Shown here piece by piece: positions 27,955-37,691 of a stretch of DNA of 64,000 bases (positions within the stretch are counted from its first letter, which is position 1; each line of letters opens with the position of its first letter). The notes under the pieces were generated by a model that was given only the letters and a program-made list of their open reading frames with translations, did no database searches and was not told the DNA's origin. A program made the translations under genes and the position numbers. Origin of the DNA: Alphaproteobacteria bacterium (GTDB lineage Bacteria > Pseudomonadota > Alphaproteobacteria > SP197); NCBI GenBank assembly GCA_964291415.2, contig OZ219920.1:32001-96000 (forward strand). Reading direction: 5' to 3'.

Positions 27955-30209
27955 GACGAGGCGCCGGGCATCACCTGGTTCGAGCCGCCGGCCTTCTCTT
28001 CGCGGGTGGTTCCCTGGCTGCGTGCGCCCTGCTGGCGCCGCTTCCCGAACCCCGCGGGCTGGCGGAGCGCCTGGCCGTCTTTCCGGACGACGGAGTGGAC
28101 CTCGACGGCCGGGTGACGATCCGCTGGAACGATCACCAGATTCCGTTCATCGAGGCGGCGAGCGACGATGATGCAGCCTTTGCGCTGGGCATGGTTCATG
28201 CTCATCTGCGCCTTGCCCAGATGAGCCTGGTGCGCATGGCGGCCCGTGGCCGCCTCGCCGAAGTGGCAGGTCCCCTTGCCAGCGACATCGACCACGGCCT
28301 GCGCATTCTCTCCTTCGGGCACGCTGCCCGGAACATCGAGGCGGCGATGGATGCCGGCGCGCGGCGCTGGACACAGCGATTTGTCGACGGAATCAACCAT
28401 TATCAGGCAACGCTCGACGATCTGCCCCAGGAGTTCAGGGTTCTCGGCATGGAGCGTGAACCGTGGACTGTCACCGATGTCCTCACCATCGGGCGGCTGG
28501 TGGGCACGGATGTGAACTGGCTGATATGGAGCGGGCTGCTGCCCTTGAGACAGCGGCCGGACTGGCCGCAGCTGTGGGCGCGTCTGGTGGAGAACGGGAG
28601 CGCGTCGCTGCCGAGTTTCGCGAGCGACGGCGTGAACGGAGTCCTGGCTGGCATCGGCCGGACGGGCTCCAACAGCATGGCGATCGGGCCGGACCGCACG
28701 ACCACCGGGGGTGCCATCATCGCCAACGACCCGCACCTCGGGATCCTCGTCCCCAACGTGTGGCTGGTCGCTGGCCTGAAGTCGCCTTCCTATCACGTGG
28801 TCGGTCTGATGGGTCCGGGATTGCCGGTCTTCGCCATTGGCCGCAATCCGTCAATCGCCTGGGGCGGCACCAACATGCGGGCCGCCTCCAGTGACCTCGT
28901 CGATGTCAGTAACCTCGATCCCGATGTCATGGAGTCGCGCGACGAGACGATTTCCGTGCGCTGGTGGTTCGATTCGACCATCACCATCAGGCAGACGCCG
29001 CTGGGTCCGGTGATCAGCGATGCGCCCTTCCTGACCGACCATGATCTTCCCGATCTCGCACTCCGGTGGACCGGTCATGACACGAGCGATGAAATCGGCG
29101 CCATGCTGGCGGTCAGCCGGGCCCGGGATTTCACCGGGTTCCGCGCCGCATTCGATACCTTTGCGGTACCCGGACAGAACATGATCTACGCCGACCGCGA
29201 CGGCAATATCGGCCAGGTCATGGCTGTCACCCTGCCGCAGAGGCCCGGAACCCCGGCTGATCTCGTCGCGGACGCCGCAGAGGCGAGGAGTGCCTGGGCC
29301 ACGATGCGGTCGTCCGGGGACTTTCCCTGGAGCTACAATCCCCGGCAGGCATACCTGGTGTCGGCCAACAACAAGCCGACCCGGACGGCCACGCCGGTCG
29401 GTTACTTCTTTTCTTCCGACGACAGGGTATCGCGTCTCGCCAGCCTCGCCGGCGGTGACCGGCTTGATGTCGACGCCGTGAAGGCAATCCAGCAGGACGT
29501 CTACATGCCGTCGTCGGCGACGCTGCGCGACGCCTTCATCGAAGGCCTCGACGCTGCGGGGCTGGCCTCGTCGGCCGGGCCCGAAGCGGCCGAAGCGATC
29601 GCCCGCATCCGGGACTGGGACGGTCACTATCGCGCCGGTTCCGTCGGCGCCGTCAGCTTCGAGCAGTTTCGCGCCGGCTTTGTCCAGGCGTTCTACGACC
29701 GGCTCCTTGGAGAGGAGCACGGCGCTGTCATGGCGCGCCGGGGAGTGCTGGTCCGCGACATGGAGCAGGCGTCCCGGGAGGTGCTTGATGCCGCCCTGGC
29801 GGCCGGTCTCGAGACGGCCGGAGAAGGACTCGATCGGTTCACCGACTGGTCAGACATGCATCGCCTTTCCCTCGCCCATCCTCTCTCCATGCTTCCCGTC
29901 ATCGGCGACCGCTACCGTTTCGGTGACCACGGCGTGGGCGGCAGTTCCGAAACCATCATGAAGACGGCTCACGATGCCAGCGCCACGCGCCACACGGTGC
30001 GTTACGGCGCCAATGCTCGCCATGTTTCCGACATGACGAACATGGATGAGAACTACTTCGTGCTGCTGGGTGGGCAGGACGGCTGGCTCAACAGTTCGAC
30101 CATGCTCGACCAGTGGCCTCTTTGGCAGTCGGGAGGGTATGTGCGGGTGCCACTCACTCCGGAAGGTGTGCGGGCGTCGTTCCCCCATGTGACGGTCATC
30201 GGTCGCTGA
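27951..30209 (+). CDS. Penicillin acylase-family Ntn hydrolase (S45), predicted lipoprotein
   Basis: ATGA-coupled to mlrC. Lipobox SLAAC, nucleophile GSN, ANDPHL, PGQNMIYADRDGNIG, SANNK, GGQDG. Confidence 0.9.
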   Translation: MRRGAGHHLVRAAGLLFAGGSLAACALLAPLPEPRGLAERLAVFPDDGVDLDGRVTIRWNDHQIPFIEAASDDDAAFALGMVHAHLRLAQMSLVRMAARGRLAEVAGPLASDIDHGLRILSFGHAARNIEAAMDAGARRWTQRFVDGINHYQATLDDLPQEFRVLGMEREPWTVTDVLTIGRLVGTDVNWLIWSGLLPLRQRPDWPQLWARLVENGSASLPSFASDGVNGVLAGIGRTGSNSMAIGPDRTTTGGAIIANDPHLGILVPNVWLVAGLKSPSYHVVGLMGPGLPVFAIGRNPSIAWGGTNMRAASSDLVDVSNLDPDVMESRDETISVRWWFDSTITIRQTPLGPVISDAPFLTDHDLPDLALRWTGHDTSDEIGAMLAVSRARDFTGFRAAFDTFAVPGQNMIYADRDGNIGQVMAVTLPQRPGTPADLVADAAEARSAWATMRSSGDFPWSYNPRQAYLVSANNKPTRTATPVGYFFSSDDRVSRLASLAGGDRLDVDAVKAIQQDVYMPSSATLRDAFIEGLDAAGLASSAGPEAAEAIARIRDWDGHYRAGSVGAVSFEQFRAGFVQAFYDRLLGEEHGAVMARRGVLVRDMEQASREVLDAALAAGLETAGEGLDRFTDWSDMHRLSLAHPLSMLPVIGDRYRFGDHGVGGSSETIMKTAHDASATRHTVRYGANARHVSDMTNMDENYFVLLGGQDGWLNSSTMLDQWPLWQSGGYVRVPLTPEGVRASFPHVTVIGR

Positions 30210-30218
30210 CGATGCGCC

Positions 30219-31757
30219 ATGGCGGACATGCTTGATGCGACGTGGATGCTGCGTGCCCATGCACGCCGGAGAGTGTTCCGTCTCGGGACCGGCGATGCGC
30301 AGCGCCTCCAGACCGGCGTTCTTCTCTCCCTCATCAGGAAGGCGGCAGCAACCCGCTTTGCGCGCGACCATGACCTCGCCGGGGTGCGCACCATCGATGA
30401 CTACCGCGCCCGCGTGCCTGTGCGCAGCTATGACGAGTTCTGGGACGACTACTGGAGCCGTGATTTCCCGCGTCTCGTGAACTGCACCTGGCCTGGCCTT
30501 GTTCCCTGGTTTGCCGAGACGTCAGGGACGACCCGGGGCACCACCCGCTTCATTCCCTTCACCCGGGAGATGAACCGCTCGAACCGCCGCGCGGCCGGGG
30601 ATCTCCTCGTCTGGCATGCGATCAACAGGCCGCGAAGCAGGATTCTTGCCGGCCGCGTCTTCATTCTCGGAGGATCGACCGGACTCGAGAAGCGTGCTCC
30701 CGGTGTGACGAGCGGCGATCTGAGCGGGATCACGGCCTCCGTGATGCCGCGTTGGGCCCGCTTGCGGAGCTTTCCACCCCGGCGCCTCGAAGCCATCAGC
30801 GACTGGAACGACAAGATCAACCGGTTCGCCAGGGCTTCGCTTGATCAGCCCATTCATGCCGTCTGCGGGGTGCCGAGCTGGCTGCTGATCTATTTCGATC
30901 ATCTCCTGGAGATCGCGGACGCCGCAGACGGGCGCATCGCCTCGGTCTATCCCGGGCTCGAACTGCTGGTCCATGGCGGCGTCTCCTGGGCGCCCTACCG
31001 CGAGCGGTTCGCCGCTCTCCTCGAGGGCAGCCATGCGGAAACCCGCGAGGTCTACGCCGCCAGCGAGGGTTTCTTCGCCATGGCCGACCGGGGCGCGGAT
31101 GCCGGCATGCGCCTGCAGCTCGACAACGCGATGTTCTTCGAATTCGCGCCGGTCGACGGCCAGCAGGTCAGAACGGAGGCGTGCCGCTGGATCGGGGATG
31201 TCGAGGAGGGTGTCAACTACGCTCTCGTGGTGAGCACGGCAGCTGGTCTGTGGCGCTATCTCGTCGGGGACACCGTTACCTTCACCACGCTCGATCCGCC
31301 ACGCATTCTCTTTACCGGACGCACCGCCCACATGTTGTCCGCCTTCGGCGAACACGTGATCGTCGCCGAACTCGAAGAGGCGGTTTCCGGCGCGGCGCGG
31401 GCCATCGGCGCCACGGTCAGCGACTTCGCCGTCGGCAGCATCTTTTCCTCGCGCCCCGGCGAACGGGGCGGCCACCTCTACGTCATCGAGTTTTCCTCAC
31501 CCGACATCGACGAGCGGCTCCTGGACTCGTTCGCTGTCTCGCTCGACCGCACCCTGCAATCCGTCAACGCGGACTATGAAGCTCACCGTGCCGGCGGCTG
31601 GGGCATGGATCCTCCACGCGTCGAGGTCATGCCGCCCGGGGGATTTGCCGCCTGGATGGCGGCCCAGGGCAAGCTTGGCGGCCAGCACAAGGTGCCGCGC
31701 GTGATTGCCGATCAGACCAGGCTCGACGCCTTGCGCGCCTTTGCCCGGAGAGCCTGA
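30219..31757 (+). CDS. GH3 family acyl-acid amido synthetase (adenylate-forming)
   Basis: GH3 motifs FAETSGTT, EVYAASEGF, GLWRYLVGD, C-terminal GKLGGQHKVPR; 9 nt after the acylase stop. Confidence 0.9.
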   Translation: MADMLDATWMLRAHARRRVFRLGTGDAQRLQTGVLLSLIRKAAATRFARDHDLAGVRTIDDYRARVPVRSYDEFWDDYWSRDFPRLVNCTWPGLVPWFAETSGTTRGTTRFIPFTREMNRSNRRAAGDLLVWHAINRPRSRILAGRVFILGGSTGLEKRAPGVTSGDLSGITASVMPRWARLRSFPPRRLEAISDWNDKINRFARASLDQPIHAVCGVPSWLLIYFDHLLEIADAADGRIASVYPGLELLVHGGVSWAPYRERFAALLEGSHAETREVYAASEGFFAMADRGADAGMRLQLDNAMFFEFAPVDGQQVRTEACRWIGDVEEGVNYALVVSTAAGLWRYLVGDTVTFTTLDPPRILFTGRTAHMLSAFGEHVIVAELEEAVSGAARAIGATVSDFAVGSIFSSRPGERGGHLYVIEFSSPDIDERLLDSFAVSLDRTLQSVNADYEAHRAGGWGMDPPRVEVMPPGGFAAWMAAQGKLGGQHKVPRVIADQTRLDALRAFARRA

Positions 31758-31863
31758 CCGCTCCGGTCGCCCCGTTGCAGTCAAGATTGCCTCGGCGTAC
31801 CGGCACCTGCGCCTGACGGGCCGATGCAGCGGCCGGTTGCGTCACCGATCCGAAGAATGGAGA

Positions 31864-33705
31864 TCAATCGACGATGTGGTAGACCGGCGCCTTTTCCATG
31901 GACCATGTGTCCGTCTCGGCGTCGTAGCGGGACAGCGTGAAACAGTGCCAGTTGTCGTCGTCGAGCATCATGTGGTCGCCCCGGTAGTAGTACCCGGGCC
32001 AGCGTGTCTCCTTGCGGAAGAGCGTGTGCTGCATGACGCTTTCCGACGCCAGCAGCCGGTGCCGGAATTCCCATGTCCGCTGCAGCTGGTGAAGATCCTC
32101 GGCGCCGATGTGGCGGGCATCGTCCTTCAGCATCTCCATCAGTTCCAGGCCGCGATTGAGCAGCGGTTCGTTGGTCATGTAGTTGACCGTGATGCCGCCG
32201 CAATACTCATCCATGAGCTTCTCGAGGCGCTGCAGGGCGTGGAGAGGCAGGATGTAGCTCGGCGAAACCGTTCCAGCCACGATCTCGTTGCGCCCGATAT
32301 CGTAGTTTTCGAGCGGCTGGAAGATCTCCGTCTTGAGGCGACCGATTTCCGCCTCGTCGACCAGGGGCTCCTCGCCGGCATCGATGATGTAGTTCACCGC
32401 GGCCTTGGCGGCGATCCGGCCCTCCGTGAACGACCCCGACGAGAACTTGTGCGGGGTGCCGCCGCTGGCGTCGCCGGCGCCGAACAGGCCACTGGTGGTC
32501 GTCATGCGGTTGTAGCCCCACCGGTACTCGCCCGGCGCATAGTCTTCCGGACCGCTTGCCCAGGCGCCTGAACAGGTGGCGTGAGAGCCCATGACATAGG
32601 GTTCCGACGTGGTCAGCTCCGGGTTGGTGTGTTTGGGATCGATGTTCTGCGATGCCCAGACCACGGCCTGGCCTATGGTCATGCCCAGGAAGTTCTCCCA
32701 GCCCACCGTCTCCTTGTGCGGATCCTGAAAGGCTTCCGTCGTCACCATGCGGATCGGTCCTCCACCATGGGCGAGTTCCTTCAGCAGGGCATGATTGCGC
32801 AGGCACGTCGGGACCGGGTGACGGTCGACATAGTCACCGACCAGTTTCCTGGTGTCGTCGTACCATCTGGATTCATATTCTTCGCCGTAGGCGTTCTGCG
32901 TGTAGGTCTTGAGATGCAGGAAGTAGGCGCCGACGGGGCCGTAGCCATCCTTGAACCGGGTCAGGACGATCCGGTTCTCCATCTGCGTCATCTTGGTACC
33001 GATCTGAATGGGCAGGCCGTAGGCCGATGCACTGCTCCAGGGCGCATACCATGTCCTGCCCATTCCTTCGCCGACGGCTCGCGGCTTGAAGATGTGCGAA
33101 GCGCCCCCCGCCGCAATGATCACGGCCTTCGCCCTGAAGACATAGAAGTCGCCCGTGCGGACATTGAAACCCACGGCGCCCGCGGCCCGGTTGGGATCCC
33201 GCTTGTCGACGAGAAGATGGGTCACCATGATCCGGTTGTAGACCTCGGTCGCGGCCTTTCGGGCGGCCTCGGCGACGATGGGCTTGTAGCTTTCGCCGTG
33301 GATCATGATCTGCCATTTGCCCTCGCGCTGATAGCGGCCGGTCTCCGGGTCCCGCATGATGGGAAGACCCCAGTCCTCGAACATGTGGACGGTTGAATCC
33401 ACGTGCCGGCCGATATCGTAGGCCAGATCCTCGCGAACCAGTCCCATCAGGTCATTGCTCGCATAGCGGACAAAGTCCTCAGGCTGATTCTCGCCCCATT
33501 GCATACCCATGTAGCAGTTGATGGCGTAAAGACCCTGTGCGACAGCGCCGCTGCGCTCGATGTTGGCCTTCTCGACGCAAACGACCTTGAGATCACGCCC
33601 CCAGTAGCGGGCTTCGTAGACAGCGCCGCATCCGGCCATGCCGCCGCCGACGACGAGAATGTCGCTAGCGACCTGGATTGTCTTTCTGCGCTTGAAGAGG
33701 CCCAT
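31864..33705 (-). CDS. aprA: Adenylylsulfate (APS) reductase alpha subunit
   Basis: GGGMAGCG, RSGAVAQGLYAINCY, WQIMIHGESYK, RFKDGYGPVGA, PHKFSSGSFTEGR, ETRWPGYYYR. Confidence 0.97.
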   Translation of the reverse strand: MGLFKRRKTIQVASDILVVGGGMAGCGAVYEARYWGRDLKVVCVEKANIERSGAVAQGLYAINCYMGMQWGENQPEDFVRYASNDLMGLVREDLAYDIGRHVDSTVHMFEDWGLPIMRDPETGRYQREGKWQIMIHGESYKPIVAEAARKAATEVYNRIMVTHLLVDKRDPNRAAGAVGFNVRTGDFYVFRAKAVIIAAGGASHIFKPRAVGEGMGRTWYAPWSSASAYGLPIQIGTKMTQMENRIVLTRFKDGYGPVGAYFLHLKTYTQNAYGEEYESRWYDDTRKLVGDYVDRHPVPTCLRNHALLKELAHGGGPIRMVTTEAFQDPHKETVGWENFLGMTIGQAVVWASQNIDPKHTNPELTTSEPYVMGSHATCSGAWASGPEDYAPGEYRWGYNRMTTTSGLFGAGDASGGTPHKFSSGSFTEGRIAAKAAVNYIIDAGEEPLVDEAEIGRLKTEIFQPLENYDIGRNEIVAGTVSPSYILPLHALQRLEKLMDEYCGGITVNYMTNEPLLNRGLELMEMLKDDARHIGAEDLHQLQRTWEFRHRLLASESVMQHTLFRKETRWPGYYYRGDHMMLDDDNWHCFTLSRYDAETDTWSMEKAPVYHIVD

Positions 33706-34169
33706 CAGGCCGCTCCCTGCTTGAGGCGTTCGGGATCCAGAACCGGCAGCCCGCCGTCAATATTGAGGAGGTCGGGTTCGTGGGCGAGTTCCTGGGACCT
33801 GAAACGGGAGGCCTCCGGCCTGTCGTACTCGGCGGACGACTTGATCGATCCCCATTTCGTGGTGCGAATGGGCGAGACGAAGTTCTTCTCTTCGCCGTTT
33901 CTGAACTTGACCTTCCAGGAAACGGTGCCCTTGTCTTCTTCGCGGCGTACCCGCACGCTGTGACCGAGCGGTGCAAAGTCCGCATATCCACGCACGTCGA
34001 TGGCGTTCTGCGGACACGCCTTCACGCATGAATAGCACTCCCAGCACATGTTCGGCTCGATGTTGAAGGCGCGACGATAGGTCGTGTCGATGTGCATGAT
34101 GTCGGACGGACAGATATCGACGCAATGTCCGCAACCGTCGCAATGGCTCATGTAGACAAAGGTTGGCAT
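33705..34169 (-). CDS. aprB: APS reductase beta subunit (2x[4Fe-4S])
   Basis: MPTFVY..CDGCGHCVDICP and CWECYSCVKACP, RGYADFAP. Confidence 0.97.
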   Translation of the reverse strand: MPTFVYMSHCDGCGHCVDICPSDIMHIDTTYRRAFNIEPNMCWECYSCVKACPQNAIDVRGYADFAPLGHSVRVRREEDKGTVSWKVKFRNGEEKNFVSPIRTTKWGSIKSSAEYDRPEASRFRSQELAHEPDLLNIDGGLPVLDPERLKQGAA

Positions 34170-34221
34170 GGTGTCAGGTCAACTCCCAAATCGGAAACCC
34201 GTTCCGCACGGGCCGGTGAGA

Positions 34222-35004
34222 TCAGTAATGGCGTGGCAGCTCCGTGACGCGGCCGAGAACTTCGGGCTTGTCGGCCGGCGGCGGAAGATTGCTTCGCGAT
34301 CCGTCTGCTTCCGCCACGCGCTTCTGGAATGCGATGGCGGGCTTGTAGAACATGTGGGAAAACTTGGACCAGGGCACTGATCCAAAGAGCACCGTGGTGG
34401 CGATGACGTAAAGGCCGAGGAAGACATCGGCCGCCGGGCTTGCCGCCGTCTGGAGGAGTCCCCAGATGAACGCCATCGTCGTGCTGGCCAGGAGCGAAAG
34501 GATGAAGAGGTCGGCGCGTACGATTCGCCATGGGGGATGGCCCTCGGCGGCCACGTCAACCCGGATGAAGAACCAGAACCAGTACCCGCCGCCGCAGACC
34601 ATCACGATGCCGATGTACCAGAGCAGCGGCCAGATGGCGGGAGTCGGCGTCGCCGAAGTCGGGTAGCCGAAGACCATGGCGAGGGTGGCGGCAAGATACG
34701 CCACGAATCCGTACATGGTCAGCAGGTGCGCGATCCTGCGCCGCAGATTGCAGAATTCACCTGAAGCCAGCACGTCGACTGCGGAGGTCTGCACTGCGAG
34801 GGACACCATGTGGGCGCCACTGACCGGCCGGTCGCCCCGATTTCTCGCGTGACGCCAGTTGTCGAAGAAGTAACGGGCGCTCCTCTTGTGGAGCACGTCG
34901 AACAGGGTCCCTCCCACGACGAGCAGGATCATGATGACGACATAGGTTTGCGTGACCGCAGGCGTTACGGGGAGCACTGCAAAGGGATTGCTGGAAAACA
35001 TCAT
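34222..35004 (-). CDS. aprM: APS reductase membrane anchor
   Basis: Multi-TM protein directly upstream of aprB; HKRSARYFF, SGEFCN.RRIAHLLTMYG, WFWFFIRVDV, WSKFSHMFYKP. Confidence 0.9.
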   Translation of the reverse strand: MMFSSNPFAVLPVTPAVTQTYVVIMILLVVGGTLFDVLHKRSARYFFDNWRHARNRGDRPVSGAHMVSLAVQTSAVDVLASGEFCNLRRRIAHLLTMYGFVAYLAATLAMVFGYPTSATPTPAIWPLLWYIGIVMVCGGGYWFWFFIRVDVAAEGHPPWRIVRADLFILSLLASTTMAFIWGLLQTAASPAADVFLGLYVIATTVLFGSVPWSKFSHMFYKPAIAFQKRVAEADGSRSNLPPPADKPEVLGRVTELPRHY

Positions 35005-35206
35005 TCGTCCCTGGTTTGACCGAAAGCGAAGGTCGGCGGCGGCATCGGTCCTGGACGCTCGTCACGGGTCCTTCTCGCTGTCCGTGATCTCGTTGCGCGC
35101 GTGCTGCTGCCGCGGTCGCCTGAAGTCGGATCAGCCGGCATGAAGCCACCCTTCCATGCTCTTCTCGTGTTGATGAACCCTGCCGGCCGGACCGGAAGAC
35201 AACGAT

Positions 35207-35223
35207 GGGGCCACTGTGGCCCC
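35207..35223. promoter_or_regulatory. Perfect 8-1-8 palindrome near the centre of the aprM/sat divergent intergenic region; candidate operator
   Basis: GGGGCCAC-T-GTGGCCCC; function is inferred. Confidence 0.45.
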
Positions 35224-35449
35224 TTTCCTCCGTCTTATCAACATGCGGCGTGCGTCGGATCAGCCTTCCGGTGCAGTAGAACGAAGACGGTTGTGGGATT
35301 GCCATGAACACGTGAGACATGACGGTGGCGCGGAAGGTCATTGCGTCCCGGCACCGCCTCTTCCTTACTGCGGGAGCCGTCGCGGCATTGCACATAGGGC
35401 CCGGACCGGATATCTGATCCCGAAGCCACCGGTCGAGAGGCGGCCCACC

Positions 35450-36619
35450 ATGCCAAACCTGGTCTCCCCGCATGGCGGTGGCGCGCTGAAGCCCCTGCTG
35501 CTCCCCGGGGCGGAGATCGCGAACGAGATCGAACGTGCCCGTCGGCTGGTCAAGGTCCCGCTGACCAGCCGGGAGATATCGGACCTCTTCATGCTGGCCA
35601 TGGGCGCCTACACCCCGCTGGCGGGCTTCATGGGGAGAGAGGACTGGTACGGCTGTTGCGTCGACATGGTGACATCCGACGGCGTCTTCTGGCCGGTTCC
35701 CATCACCGTTTCCTGCGACGAGGATCACGCCGGGGGCATCCGCATCGGCGACGAGGTCGCACTGGTGGATGGCGGGACCGGGGAGATCCTGGCGATTCAG
35801 ATGGTCTGCGAAAAGTACACCATCGACCGGGAGCTTGAGTGCCGCGAGGTCTTTCGCACGACGAACGACGCCCACCCCGGCGTCAGGAAGGTCCTGGAGC
35901 AACCCGCGATCAACCTGGGCGGCCCGGTCACGGCGCTCTCCGAGGGTCATTTCCCCCGCACCTACGCCGGGCTCTACTTGCGGCCTGCGCAAACGAGGGC
36001 CATGTTCAAGGCCAGCGGATGGTCCAGGGTCGCGGCCTTCCAGACCCGCAATCCGATGCATCGCAGCCATGAACACCTGGCCAAGATTGCCGTCGAGATC
36101 TGTGACGGGCTTCTCATTCATCAGGTGCTCGGCGCTCTCAAGCCCGGTGACATTCCGGCAGACGTGCGGGTCAATGCGATCAATGCGCTGGTCGAGAACT
36201 ATTTCGTGCCTGGAACGGTCATCCAGGCCGGCTATCCCATCGAGATGCGCTATGGCGGCCCGCGCGAGGCGCTGCTGCACGCAGTCTTTCGCCAGAATTT
36301 CGGATGCACCCATCTCGTGGTCGGCCGCGACCATGCCGGTGTGGGAGACTTCTACGGCCCGTTCGATGCCCACAACATCTTCGATGTCCTGCCGGCCGGC
36401 AGCATGGAAATCCGGCCGCTCAAGATCGACATCACGTTCTTCTGCTACAAGTGCGGCATGGCGACCGGCAGGACCTGCCCGCACGGGGAAGAGGACCGGC
36501 TGGCAATATCCGGAACCCGGCTGCGCGCGATGTTCGCCAATCACGAACCCATTCCCGAAGAGTTCAGCCGGCGCGAGGTGATCGATGTGCTGCAGGCCTA
36601 CTACGACAGCCTTGCCTGA
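35450..36619 (+). CDS. sat: Sulfate adenylyltransferase (ATP sulfurylase)
   Basis: [61 protein letters not shown]. Confidence 0.96.
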   Translation: MPNLVSPHGGGALKPLLLPGAEIANEIERARRLVKVPLTSREISDLFMLAMGAYTPLAGFMGREDWYGCCVDMVTSDGVFWPVPITVSCDEDHAGGIRIGDEVALVDGGTGEILAIQMVCEKYTIDRELECREVFRTTNDAHPGVRKVLEQPAINLGGPVTALSEGHFPRTYAGLYLRPAQTRAMFKASGWSRVAAFQTRNPMHRSHEHLAKIAVEICDGLLIHQVLGALKPGDIPADVRVNAINALVENYFVPGTVIQAGYPIEMRYGGPREALLHAVFRQNFGCTHLVVGRDHAGVGDFYGPFDAHNIFDVLPAGSMEIRPLKIDITFFCYKCGMATGRTCPHGEEDRLAISGTRLRAMFANHEPIPEEFSRREVIDVLQAYYDSLA

Positions 36620-36680
36620 CAGGGCGCTTTCACCGCCGCGGTCTCGGCAAGGACCGGCGACGGCACAGGGTGGAACCTGA

Positions 36681-37433
36681 ATGATCATCGCCCAGATCAG
36701 CGATACCCACATCGAAGCGAAATCGTCAGCAGGGCCGGCCGGAGCAGACCGGGCGCTCAACCTGAGGCAGTGCGTTGCCGATATCAATCGGCAGAATGTC
36801 GATGCAGTCGTCCACACGGGCGACTGTGTCCATCGCGGCGATCCCGGGGCGTACGCCCACTTGCGCGAAATCCTGGACGATCTGCAAGCACCCCTGTTCA
36901 TCGTTCCCGGCAACCGCGACCGGCGGAGTGACCTGCGCAACGCTTTCGCACATCTCGCCTCGCTTTCCCCACCTGGCGAGTTCGTCCATTACGCGATCGA
37001 CGCGTTTCCCATGCGCTTGGTTGCGCTCGACTCGGTGGTGGACGGCGAACGGAAAGGGGTCTTTTGTGAACGCCGGCGACGGTGGCTGGACGAAACCCTG
37101 GGCGGTGAGCCTGCGAGACCCACGATCCTGTTCATTCATCATCCTCCCTTCGATATCTCGCCGCACTATGTCGGGGGTTACAGGCATTCGAACGAGGCAG
37201 CGGAATTCGAGGCTCTGGTCGCACGTCATCCGCAAGTCGTCAGGCTGCTGTGCGGTCATGTCCATTGCTTTCACCGGGAATCCTGGGGCGGCACCGTCGC
37301 CACAGCCATGCCGAGTGTGGCGGTCGATTTGCGAAAGGGAGTCCATTCCGCCATCGGGGCGCGGCCGCTCTACTTCCTGCATGCCACCACCGCCGACATG
37401 ACTCTCGTCACGCTGACCAGGATTGTCCTGTAA
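36681..37433 (+). CDS. Calcineurin-like metallophosphoesterase (Icc/CpdA/GpdQ-like)
   Basis: SDTH, HTGD, PGNRD, HHPP, CGHVH. Confidence 0.9.
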   Translation: MIIAQISDTHIEAKSSAGPAGADRALNLRQCVADINRQNVDAVVHTGDCVHRGDPGAYAHLREILDDLQAPLFIVPGNRDRRSDLRNAFAHLASLSPPGEFVHYAIDAFPMRLVALDSVVDGERKGVFCERRRRWLDETLGGEPARPTILFIHHPPFDISPHYVGGYRHSNEAAEFEALVARHPQVVRLLCGHVHCFHRESWGGTVATAMPSVAVDLRKGVHSAIGARPLYFLHATTADMTLVTLTRIVL

Positions 37434-37691
37434 TGGCGGGCAGATTGAGGAATCGCCATGCGGTCGCGAGACAGGCATCGGTTGAGGTTCCTCCCGTGTC
37501 CAGCGCGACGAGATTCCGGCCTGGGCGGATGACGCCTGCGCACCGTTGCCCGACGAGCCTCATCCCTGTTGCGTGTGAACACATCCGGATGTGTTAGGAT
37601 GCCTTCTGCCGGACCGTGCCGACAGGATCCGGAGAACGACCTCGGAGCGCCCTTCAGCAGGTTTCCGGGACCAACACAGGAGACAGACACC

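Noticed and set aside
35230-35300. SAM-I riboswitch suggested by CTTATCAA upstream of sat
   Set aside because: The following conserved elements (AGAG, GAGGGA..GGCCC, GCAACC, GGTGC..A.TCC, closing GATAA) are absent or out of order.
34757-36940. Long alternative ORFs (this 727-aa one; also 11002-12825, 18643-20427, 3763-5436, 38733-40145)
   Set aside because: Antisense shadows of well-supported genes, common in high-GC DNA; no domain motifs.
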